Of a DNA stretch of 64,000 nucleotides, positions 56,991 to 64,000 are shown piece after piece. The position numbers were made by a program, and so were the translations under genes. The DNA comes from Vicinamibacterales bacterium. GTDB taxonomy: Bacteria > Acidobacteriota > Vicinamibacteria > Vicinamibacterales > UBA8438. Numbering within the stretch: the first letter of the stretch is position 1; every line of letters starts with the position of its first letter. The notes below the pieces were generated by a model, which was not told the DNA's origin, made no database searches, and saw only the letters and a program-made list of their open reading frames with translations. The DNA is taken from positions 1,069,855 through 1,133,854 of the forward strand of contig CBDBMZ010000003.1 of NCBI GenBank assembly GCA_965207615.1. Direction: 5' to 3'.

Positions 56991-59233
56991 GGGAGGCTCG
57001 CGGGCGGGAGAGACGGCGCATCCCCGACCCGCAGGAGGACGATGGTCATGTCGTCGTGCTGCTCCGCGGCGCCCGCGAACGCCTCGACGTCGCCGAGAAC
57101 ACGCTGCTTCAGGTCGTCGGACGGCAGGTGTATCTGCTCGGTCAGGGTACGGCTCAGCCGCTCCTCGCCGAAGAGGTCCAACTCCTCGTTCATCGCCTCG
57201 GTCACGCCATCGGTGAACAGGGCGACGAGGTCTCCGGCCTCGATCGGGAAGGCGGACTCTTCGAGGAGCTCGGCGAACTTCTCCTCGAACCCGTCGATCT
57301 GCAGTCCCACGATCAGCCCGTCCGGTGCCAGCACCCGGGTCGTGCGGGATCCGTGCGCCGCCGACGGAACGTGGATCAGGGGCGTATGCCCGGCCCGCGC
57401 GTAGGTCAGGCGGCGGGCCGCGAGGTCGACGACGGCGTAGGTCATGGTGATGAAGGTGCGGCCGTCGAGGGTCGCGGAGAGGATGCGGTTGACCTCGATG
57501 AGCAGCTCCCTCGGGCTTTCATGGAAGCGGCTCAGCGACAGCACCACGCCCTTGAGCTCGGCCATGTAGAACGCCGCCGACGTCCCCTTGCCCGACACGT
57601 CGGCCACCAGCACCCCGAGCCGGTGCTCGTCGAGCCGGATGAAGTCGAAGTAGTCGCCGCCGACCTCCCGGGCGGGGCGGCAGGCTGCGGCAATCGCCAG
57701 ACCCGGCACGGAGGCCGGGCCCTCGGGCAGCAGCGACATCTGGATGTCGCGCGCGATCCGAAGCTCCTCCTCGAGACGGCGCTTCTCCTCGGCCTGGGTC
57801 AGCAGGTCCGCGATGCTGCCGGTCATCGCGTTGAACGACTCGGCCAGCTCGCCGAGCTGGTCCTCGGTGTCCACCCGGATGCGGTGGGCGAAATCGCCCG
57901 CCCGCACCCGCTCGGTGCCGGTGAACAGCTCGTGCACCGCGCCGGTGATCGACCCGGCGAGCGCGAAGCCCATGACCATGGCCGCCGCCTCGATGGTCAG
58001 GAACATCACCCCGATGAACGTGAGCACCAGCAGGAAGCTGCTCGCCAGGTTGGCGTCGCCGCCCTGGGCGAGCTGCCGGTAGAACACCATGGGATGCACG
58101 GTGAAGCCGACTTCGCCGCGCCCCCGCCGGCCCGTGGACCAGTCGAGGAGGTCGACACGGGCCTCCGCGGGCAGGTCGAGGGTCGGGACGCCGTCCGGAG
58201 GCGGCGCTCCGAACGGGAACCGGAGCGCTTCGAACGCGGCGGCGGGGCCCGCGTCCGCACCGGCGGAGGCGGCCCCCGCCCCGTCGGTCGGGGTGACGCT
58301 GAATTCGGTGAGCGTGACGCCGCGGGAGGCCTGCATGCGCCGGGTGACTTCTCCCGCGATGGGAAGATCGGCGACCACCGCGTAGACCGGACCGTCCTCG
58401 TCGAACCGCTCCACGCCGCGCGCCACCACCGTCCAGCCCGCCGGGCCGCGCGTCACCACGAGCCCGCCGGCGTCCGGGAGGGCTCCGTCGCGAGCGTCGC
58501 CCGGCCCGCCGGCATCGGGGGAGGCGCCGAGCCAGGCGGGGAACCGCAGATCGCGCGAGTCGTGGCGCCACGGCCCGGCGCCGGCGGCGCGGTCGCGGCC
58601 CGCCTGGTTCCACAACACCGCGATGGAGGCGTCGGGATAACGCTCCTCGACGGCCTGTACCCGGACCGCCAGCACCGCCCGCACCTCCGCCGGCTCGACG
58701 AACCCGCCCAGGTCGACGGCGGTCATGGCCGCGAGGTCGTTCGCGTCTTCCATCACGTCCGAAAAGCTGAGCCGCACGAGCGAGGAGCTGACGGTCGTCA
58801 ACAGCAGCAGGCCCGACACCAGGAAGAACACGACCGAGAGCAGGACCGGCACGAAGCCGATCAGGACGTAGGACAGCACGAGCCTCCGCCGGACCCGCCA
58901 CAGGAAACGCTGCTGCAGCAGGTTCAGCATCCGCACGAGCAGGTAGCCGAGAACGGCCACCAGGGCCAGGGTCCCCGCCGCGTCCAGGACCCGCAGCCAC
59001 CCCGAGCCGGCGCCGCCGAACAGCGCGATCAACGCCTTGAGACCGAGGACCGCGAGGATCGTGAAACCCGGCGTGGACGCCGCGAAGAGCTCCGTCACCT
59101 CGCCGAGCGTATCGACGGCGGCTCGCAGGCGTCCGCGTCCGCCGCCGGGTCCGCGGGCCGCGCCCGGAGGCGCGGGAGGCGGTGAAGGGGCGGTGCCTGC
59201 GGGGGGGCGGGGCGAAGGCGCCTGCGAAGCCAT
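56987..59233 (-). CDS. membrane sensor PP2C-type serine phosphatase (HAMP + SpoIIE/RsbU domain)
   Basis: TM helices and a periplasmic region are followed by a HAMP domain (AVHELFTGTERVRAGDFAHRI) and the SpoIIE motifs GGDYFDF and DVSGKG. Confidence 0.8.
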   Translation of the reverse strand: MASQAPSPRPPAGTAPSPPPAPPGAARGPGGGRGRLRAAVDTLGEVTELFAASTPGFTILAVLGLKALIALFGGAGSGWLRVLDAAGTLALVAVLGYLLVRMLNLLQQRFLWRVRRRLVLSYVLIGFVPVLLSVVFFLVSGLLLLTTVSSSLVRLSFSDVMEDANDLAAMTAVDLGGFVEPAEVRAVLAVRVQAVEERYPDASIAVLWNQAGRDRAAGAGPWRHDSRDLRFPAWLGASPDAGGPGDARDGALPDAGGLVVTRGPAGWTVVARGVERFDEDGPVYAVVADLPIAGEVTRRMQASRGVTLTEFSVTPTDGAGAASAGADAGPAAAFEALRFPFGAPPPDGVPTLDLPAEARVDLLDWSTGRRGRGEVGFTVHPMVFYRQLAQGGDANLASSFLLVLTFIGVMFLTIEAAAMVMGFALAGSITGAVHELFTGTERVRAGDFAHRIRVDTEDQLGELAESFNAMTGSIADLLTQAEEKRRLEEELRIARDIQMSLLPEGPASVPGLAIAAACRPAREVGGDYFDFIRLDEHRLGVLVADVSGKGTSAAFYMAELKGVVLSLSRFHESPRELLIEVNRILSATLDGRTFITMTYAVVDLAARRLTYARAGHTPLIHVPSAAHGSRTTRVLAPDGLIVGLQIDGFEEKFAELLEESAFPIEAGDLVALFTDGVTEAMNEELDLFGEERLSRTLTEQIHLPSDDLKQRVLGDVEAFAGAAEQHDDMTIVLLRVGDAPSLPPASLP

Positions 59234-59271
59234 GGGAGGGCGGCGGTGATGTTATCAGAGGACAGAAGCGG

Positions 59272-59655
59272 TCACACCGGATCGCGGCGGACGGACGACT
59301 CCCCCGTCGCCTCCGCGATCCACGCGAGATACCGCGGCTCTCCGTCCACCACCGGCAGCACCACGAACTCGGGCGTATCGTAGGGATGCAGCTCGCCCAC
59401 CCGGCGGCGCAGCCCGTCGACGCGGGCCCTCGGCGTCTTGACGATCAACTGGCGCTCCCGCGCCTGCTCGACCCGGCCCTGCCATCGGTAGACGGACTCC
59501 ACTTCCGGCAAGATGCTCACGCACGCCGCCCAGCCCTCGCCGACGAGGGTGGACGTGAAGCGCCGGACGTCGGCGTCCATCGGAAACGTGATCAGGACCA
59601 CAACCGCCTCGGAAGTCGTCACGCCTGCTCCCGCGCCGCCGGTGGGCCGCTCCAC
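59272..59655 (-). CDS. cutA: divalent-cation tolerance protein CutA
   Basis: The sequence shows VVLITFPMDADVRRFTSTLVGEGWAACVSILPEVESVYRWQG...KT and HPYDTPEF. The start is either the GTG at 59655 or the GTG at 59622. Confidence 0.75.
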   Translation of the reverse strand: MERPTGGAGAGVTTSEAVVVLITFPMDADVRRFTSTLVGEGWAACVSILPEVESVYRWQGRVEQARERQLIVKTPRARVDGLRRRVGELHPYDTPEFVVLPVVDGEPRYLAWIAEATGESSVRRDPV

Positions 59656-59825
59656 CGGTGGCTAATCTCCAGTCCGGCTTCGACCGAAACACGGACTGCA
59701 TGCCTCATGCAGCACGACGCCTGTCCCGGCCCCGCGCCCGCCCGCATCTCGACTCCCGGGCGCGGGAGCGGCCTGCCCAGCCGGCGCTCCCGTTTCCCGG
59801 CTCCGATCGAGCCGACGTTCCGCCG

Positions 59826-60293
59826 GTGCGGCGGGGCGAGGAGCAACCGTGGCAGAGACGGCATCTCGCGCGCCTGCTGTTCAGTCTGCTGACCGCGATT
59901 CTGATTGCGAATGCGCTCGTGGGCGATCGGGGGCTGCCGGACACCCTCCGGATTCGGCGCGAGCACCGGGAGCTCGAAGCGGCCATCGCCGCCCTGCGGG
60001 CGACGAACCAGCGGCTGCAGCTCCAGATGGAGCGCCTTCGCAACGATCCGGACGCGATCGAGAACCTGGCCCGCCGACAACTCGGGCTCGTCCGACCCGG
60101 TGAAAGGCTGTTCATCATCACCGACCGCCACACTCCGGCCCCGGTCGGGGACGCGTCCGGCCAGCGGCTCGCTGCAAGGGAACCGCCGGCCGGGGCCTTG
60201 CTCGCATCCAATCGATCTGGTATGATAAACGAACCATCCGGGACAGAAGTTGCAGTCGGTCGGCCTCGGCCGGCAGACGTCTCATTCGATTGA
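59826..60293 (+). CDS. ftsB: cell division protein FtsB/DivIC (septum formation initiator)
   Basis: A TM helix (LARLLFSLLTAILIANALV) is followed by the coiled coil LRIRREHRELEAAIAALRATNQRLQLQMERLRNDPDAIENLARRQLGLVRPGE. The start is uncertain: GTG at 59826 or ATG at 59700. Confidence 0.6.
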   Translation: MRRGEEQPWQRRHLARLLFSLLTAILIANALVGDRGLPDTLRIRREHRELEAAIAALRATNQRLQLQMERLRNDPDAIENLARRQLGLVRPGERLFIITDRHTPAPVGDASGQRLAAREPPAGALLASNRSGMINEPSGTEVAVGRPRPADVSFD

Positions 60294-60370
<77 letters not shown>

Positions 60371-60378
60371 ATTTCGGA

Positions 60379-60408
60379 ACGGGCCGGCATCGTATGCCGG
60401 CCCGTTTG
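60379..60408 (+). terminator. rho-independent terminator after tRNA-fMet
   Basis: A perfect 12-bp stem (ACGGGCCGGCAT-cgt-ATGCCGGCCCGT) ends in the T run TTTG; the stem's last T is part of that run. Confidence 0.75.
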
Positions 60409-60482
60409 CATGTACCGGGCCCGCCGCCGGGACAGGCAAGGAGACACACGAGGCACAGCGACCCCGTGACGACTCGGCGGAC

Positions 60483-60510
60483 CTGGCGGGACCGGCGAAT
60501 CCTGGCGGGA
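60483..60510. promoter_or_regulatory. direct repeat CTGGCGGGA x2 (19-bp spacing) upstream of the acyl-CoA dehydrogenase gene
   Basis: The two copies are at 60483-60491 and 60502-60510, about 70 nt upstream of the ATG at 60581. Confidence 0.25.
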
Positions 60511-60580
60511 TGGTCGGCCCCGTGCGGGAAGCGGCGGCGGCCGCGCCGGACCAAGGGGCCGACAGGAGCGGGGGACAAAG

Positions 60581-62377
60581 ATGACGATCGCGTCGCAGGC
60601 GCGCGGGGCGCGCTTTCTCGTGGACGAGGTCGAACCGCGCGACGTGGTGTGCCCGGAGGACATGGGTGAGGACGAGCGCCTGCTGATGCGCTCGATCCGC
60701 GAGTTCGCGGAGCAGGAGGTGGCGCCGCGGCTCGACGAGATCGACCGCCGCGACATCGGGGTCATCCGTCCCCTGTTCGAGAAGGCGGCGGACCTGGGCA
60801 TCTTCATGGCCGAGGTCCCCGAGGCCCACGGCGGCCTCGGCCTGAGCCCCCTCGCCGTCGCCGGCATGAACGAGTGCCGCTCGTGGCTCGGGGGGCTCGC
60901 CTCGACCGTCTTCGCGCACCAGGGCATCGGCACCCTCCCCCTCATCAACTTCGGGACCGCCGACCAGATCGACCGCTACCTGGACCGCTGCATGCGGGGC
61001 GAGCTGATGGCGGCGTTCGCGCTGACCGAGCCCGAGGCGGGCTCCGACGCGATGAACATCCGGACCAGCGCGGTCCTCAATCCCGAGGGGACCCACTACG
61101 TCGTCAACGGCTCCAAGCAGTGGATCACCAACGCGGGGTGGGCCGATCTGTTCATCCTCTTCGCCAAGGTCGACGGCACCGCGTTCTCGGCATTCCTGCT
61201 GGATCGGGACACCCCGGGGGTGACCGTCGGCCCCCACGAGCGCCTGCTCGGCCTCCAGGGCTCGTCGGTGTGTGCGATGCAGCTCGACGACGTCGCCATT
61301 CCCGTCGAGAACCTCCTCGGCGAGGTCGGCCAGGGGCACCGGGTGGCGCTGTGCACCCTCAACGTCGGCCGCATGAAGATGGGCGCCAACTGCGCCGGCT
61401 CGGCCAAGAAGGCCCTCGCCACCACCACCCGCTACGCGGCCGACCGTCGCCAGTTCGGCCGGCCGATAGCCGAGTTCGGCCTCGTCCAGCGCAAGCTCGC
61501 GGAGATGGCGGGGCGCGCCTACGGGGCCGAGTCGGTGGCCTACCGGACGGCGGGGCTCGTCTACGCCGCCATCGAGGACCTCGGCCGGCAGGGGGCGGTG
61601 TCGCTCGACGCCAAGCTGCGAACGTTCGCGGAGTTCTCGGTCGAGTGCGCGATGGCCAAGGTCCTCGGCTCGGAGGCGTACCACGCGGTGGCCGACGACG
61701 CCCTGCAGGTGTACGGCGGCTACGGGTTCAGCGAGGAGTACCCGGCCGCGCGCTGGTACCGGGACTCGCGGATCACCCGCATCTACGAGGGCACGAGCGA
61801 GATCTGCCGGCTCGGCATCGCCAAGACCCTCCTCAAGCGGGCCGACCGCGGCGAGCTCGAGCTGCGCGAGGCGGTGGCGGGCCTGCCCGCCGCCCCCGCC
61901 GGCCGCCCTTCCCCGGACAACGACCTCGCGGCCCTGCGCGCCGGCGTCGGCAGCCTCAAGCGCCTGTTTCTCTTCGTGCTGGGGCAGGTCTGGGACAACG
62001 TGGACGAGGCGCGGCTGCTCGACCCCGACCACCAGGCGTACCTCGCGGGCCTCGCGGACATCGCGATGGAGACGTACCTGGCCGAGAGCACCGTCCTGCG
62101 GGTCTCGAAGCGGTCGGACGGCCGCCCCGGCGGGGAGGAGGCAGGGGAAACGAAGGTCGCCCTCGCCCGCATCGTCTTCTTCCGGTCGACGGAGCGCATT
62201 CGGCAGGAGGCCACCGAGCTGCTGGGCAGCCTCCTCGCGGGCGAGCGCCTCGCCACCGCCCTCGATCGCATCGCGACCTGGATTCCCGTGCCCGTGGGCC
62301 TCGTCGACAGCCGCGCGCGGATCGCGCGAGACCTGGTTGCCCGCGGCGGCTGGGTCACGCCGTCGGGCTCGCTGTGA
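60581..62377 (+). CDS. acyl-CoA dehydrogenase (long form with extra C-terminal domain)
   Basis: The sequence shows FALTEPEAGSDA, NGSKQWITNAG and YGGYGFSEEYPAARWYRDSRITRIYEGTSEI. The product is 598 aa. Confidence 0.85.
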   Translation: MTIASQARGARFLVDEVEPRDVVCPEDMGEDERLLMRSIREFAEQEVAPRLDEIDRRDIGVIRPLFEKAADLGIFMAEVPEAHGGLGLSPLAVAGMNECRSWLGGLASTVFAHQGIGTLPLINFGTADQIDRYLDRCMRGELMAAFALTEPEAGSDAMNIRTSAVLNPEGTHYVVNGSKQWITNAGWADLFILFAKVDGTAFSAFLLDRDTPGVTVGPHERLLGLQGSSVCAMQLDDVAIPVENLLGEVGQGHRVALCTLNVGRMKMGANCAGSAKKALATTTRYAADRRQFGRPIAEFGLVQRKLAEMAGRAYGAESVAYRTAGLVYAAIEDLGRQGAVSLDAKLRTFAEFSVECAMAKVLGSEAYHAVADDALQVYGGYGFSEEYPAARWYRDSRITRIYEGTSEICRLGIAKTLLKRADRGELELREAVAGLPAAPAGRPSPDNDLAALRAGVGSLKRLFLFVLGQVWDNVDEARLLDPDHQAYLAGLADIAMETYLAESTVLRVSKRSDGRPGGEEAGETKVALARIVFFRSTERIRQEATELLGSLLAGERLATALDRIATWIPVPVGLVDSRARIARDLVARGGWVTPSGSL

Positions 62378-62441
62378 TTCACCATCCGCGCGGTAACGTG
62401 CGAAGATACGATCGACGTCCACCGGCGTTGCCGCGCGGCCA

Positions 62442-62639
62442 ATGAAGGTCAGAGACGTCACGAAACGCATCCGCGCGGACGGTTGGTACTACGTTCGGAG
62501 TCGCGGAGATCACCACCAGTTCAGGCACGCGACCAAACCGGGCAAGGTCACCGTGAAGGGACAGCCGGGCGACGAGATCAGCGGTGCACTGCTCGCAAGC
62601 ATCTGGCGGCAAGCAGGACTAAGCAGGCCTGAGGGGTAG
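62442..62639 (+). CDS. hicA: HicA-family mRNA interferase toxin
   Basis: The 65-aa product carries GWYYVRSRGDHHQFRH...VTVKGQPGDEISGALLASIWRQAGL (YcfA/HicA fold pattern). GC3 is visibly lower than in the neighbouring genes. Confidence 0.75.
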   Translation: MKVRDVTKRIRADGWYYVRSRGDHHQFRHATKPGKVTVKGQPGDEISGALLASIWRQAGLSRPEG

Positions 62640-62643
62640 CATC

Positions 62644-62913
62644 ATGAACGTCGTGGAAGACGCAGACATGCGGATTCAGGATCTCGAACAGCGGATCTCT
62701 GTCCTCGAACGGATCTGTGCGGAGGCGTACCAACTGGCTGGCGCCGTCGGCGCCCCCGAGAAGGCACTCGACAACCTGGCCGCTGCGGCGGCCGGCGAAC
62801 CCATTCCCCACTCTACGTTTCTGCCGGTATCAGCGGCAGACTGCGACGAGCTCGCCCGGTCGGACCGGACCGGCGTCGCCCGAGCCGGAGTGGTCTCGCC
62901 CCTTCGCGCCTGA
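62644..62913 (+). CDS. 89-aa hypothetical protein immediately downstream of hicA (candidate non-HicB antitoxin)
   Basis: GAGGGG lies 7 nt upstream of an ATG that is 4 nt after the hicA TAG. The N-terminus is helical (RIQDLEQRISVLERICAEAYQLAG). No HicB-like motif is recognisable. Confidence 0.45.
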   Translation: MNVVEDADMRIQDLEQRISVLERICAEAYQLAGAVGAPEKALDNLAAAAAGEPIPHSTFLPVSAADCDELARSDRTGVARAGVVSPLRA

Positions 62914-62961
62914 TACGCCCGCGTCCCGGTTGGCCCCGCCGATCGACGCGGCGAGTACGAT

Positions 62962-64000
62962 TCACCCCGTGGCGGCGATGATCGCGCGGGTCATCTCGGC
63001 CGTCGTCCCGATGCCCCCGAGGTCGGCGGTGCGCGTCTTCCCGGCGGCCAGCACGTTCTCGACCGCCGCTTCGATCGCCGCCGCTCCGTCCGTCTCGCCG
63101 AGGTGCTCCAGCATCATCGCGCCCGTCAGCATCTGGGCGACAGGGTTGGCGACGCCCTTGCCCGCGATGTCCGGCGCCGACCCGTGGACGGGCTCGAACA
63201 TCGAGGGATGCGTGCGGTCGGGGTTCAGGTTGGCGCCGGGGGCGAGGCCGATCGAGCCGGCCACGGCGGGGCCGAGGTCGGACAGGATGTCGCCGAAGAG
63301 GTTGCTCGCGACGATGACGTCGAACCAGTCGGGGTGCTGGACGAGGTGCGCGGTGAGGATGTCGATGTGGTACTGGTCGGTGCGCACGTCGGGATAGTCG
63401 GCGGCCACCGCCTCGAAGCGCTCGTCCCAGAACGGCATGGTGTGGATGATGCCGTTCGACTTGGTCGCCGACGTCAGGTGCTTCGCGGGGCGCGCCCGCG
63501 CCTTCTCGAACGCGTAGCGCAGCACCCGGTCGACGCCCTCCCGCGTGAACACCGACTGCTGCACCGCGAGCTCGGCCGGCGTCCCCGCGTAGAGGCGGCC
63601 GCCGATCTCGGAGTACTCGCCCTCGTTGTTCTCCCGGACGATGACGAAGTCGATGTCGGATGGCCCTCGGTCCGCCAGGGGCGTGCGCACCCCAGGCCAG
63701 AGCCGCACCGGACGCAGATTGACGTACTGGCGGAACTGCCGGCGGATGGGTATGAGCAGGCCCCACAAGGACACGTGGTCGGGCACGCCCGGGTACCCGA
63801 CGGCGCCCAGGAACACCGCGTCGAAGCCGGCAAGCTCGGCGACCTCGCGCCCTTCCGTCATGCTGCCGGTGCGGGCGTACAGCTCGCACGACCAGTCGAA
63901 GGCCGTCCACTCGAAGTCGAAGCCGTAGCGCCGGCCGACCGCCTCGAGCAGCTCCTGGGCCGCGGGCACGACCTCCTTGCCGATCCCGTCACCGGGAATC
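62962..64000 (-). CDS. tartrate dehydrogenase / D-malate / 3-isopropylmalate dehydrogenase family enzyme, N-terminus beyond the right edge
   Basis: The motifs RENNEGEYS, SNLFGDILSD and GSAPDIAGKGVANP are present. The frame stays open to position 64000, and IPGDGIGKEVVPAA is encoded at the edge. Confidence 0.85.
   Translation of the reverse strand, partial: IPGDGIGKEVVPAAQELLEAVGRRYGFDFEWTAFDWSCELYARTGSMTEGREVAELAGFDAVFLGAVGYPGVPDHVSLWGLLIPIRRQFRQYVNLRPVRLWPGVRTPLADRGPSDIDFVIVRENNEGEYSEIGGRLYAGTPAELAVQQSVFTREGVDRVLRYAFEKARARPAKHLTSATKSNGIIHTMPFWDERFEAVAADYPDVRTDQYHIDILTAHLVQHPDWFDVIVASNLFGDILSDLGPAVAGSIGLAPGANLNPDRTHPSMFEPVHGSAPDIAGKGVANPVAQMLTGAMMLEHLGETDGAAAIEAAVENVLAAGKTRTADLGGIGTTAEMTRAIIAATG

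Overview
This is a very GC-rich bacterial chromosomal segment; third codon positions are almost uniformly G/C. A VWFA protein resembling the Acidobacteria-type family (TIGR03436-like) and the general gene content suggest an Acidobacteriota-like organism, but that is inference only because no search was run. I can support about 57 protein-coding genes, most of them on the minus strand, and 2 tRNA genes (Lys-TTT and an initiator-type Met-CAT). I saw no rRNA, CRISPR array, transposase or integrase. The window reads as follows. (1) 1-7006: a housekeeping chain priA' / udg-coaBC-gmk-yicC-msbA-galE with many overlapping stop/start codons. (2) 6014-12607: a nucleotide-sugar and glycan block (galE, ugd, GT4, polyprenyl-phosphate sugar transferase, uxs, pgsA). 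(3) 12832-27045: mixed housekeeping genes (tsaC, glpX, bactofilin, iscS/nifS-mnmA, trxB, D-Ala-D-Ala carboxypeptidase, VWFA protein, hemE-hemY). (4) 28494-38022: tRNA-Lys followed by an envelope or accessory-looking block (PepSY-TM protein, CMD-family protein, plant-type LRR lipoprotein, 1105-aa CPBP protease, APH-like kinase, MBL hydrolase, repeat-containing coiled-coil membrane protein). (5) 38042-46010: metabolism and secreted hydrolases (Rieske protein, ald, lctP, cupin, M14 peptidase, esterase). (6) 46132-48073: a tight four-gene cassette ending in an AbiEii/MenT-like nucleotidyltransferase. (7) 48268-53392: a TPR-like protein, a TonB-dependent receptor and an ACE-like M2 peptidase. (8) 53392-64000: purA, an orphan ATPase, rnc, a PP2C sensor phosphatase, cutA, ftsB, tRNA-fMet, an acyl-CoA dehydrogenase, a hicA module and a partial tartrate/isopropylmalate-type dehydrogenase. 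The most unusual signal is non-coding. An 81-bp two-module repeat occurs as a 4-copy tandem array at 211-541. It recurs, always in the same orientation, at 7 or more other intergenic loci, and its hairpin is maintained by compensatory changes. It also donates the TAG stop codon and C-terminal tail of several unrelated genes. Other leads are the repeat-bracketed AbiEii cassette, a low-GC3 HicA module with a non-HicB partner, and extended -10 boxes placed 6 nt from ATG (leaderless-type starts). There is also an in-frame TAG splitting a TPR-like gene, an unannotated 48-codon basic ORF, and a near-consensus promoter in a low-GC patch inside a glycosyltransferase gene. All functional calls come from motif recognition by eye. 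Start codons are best guesses, and nothing was checked against databases.
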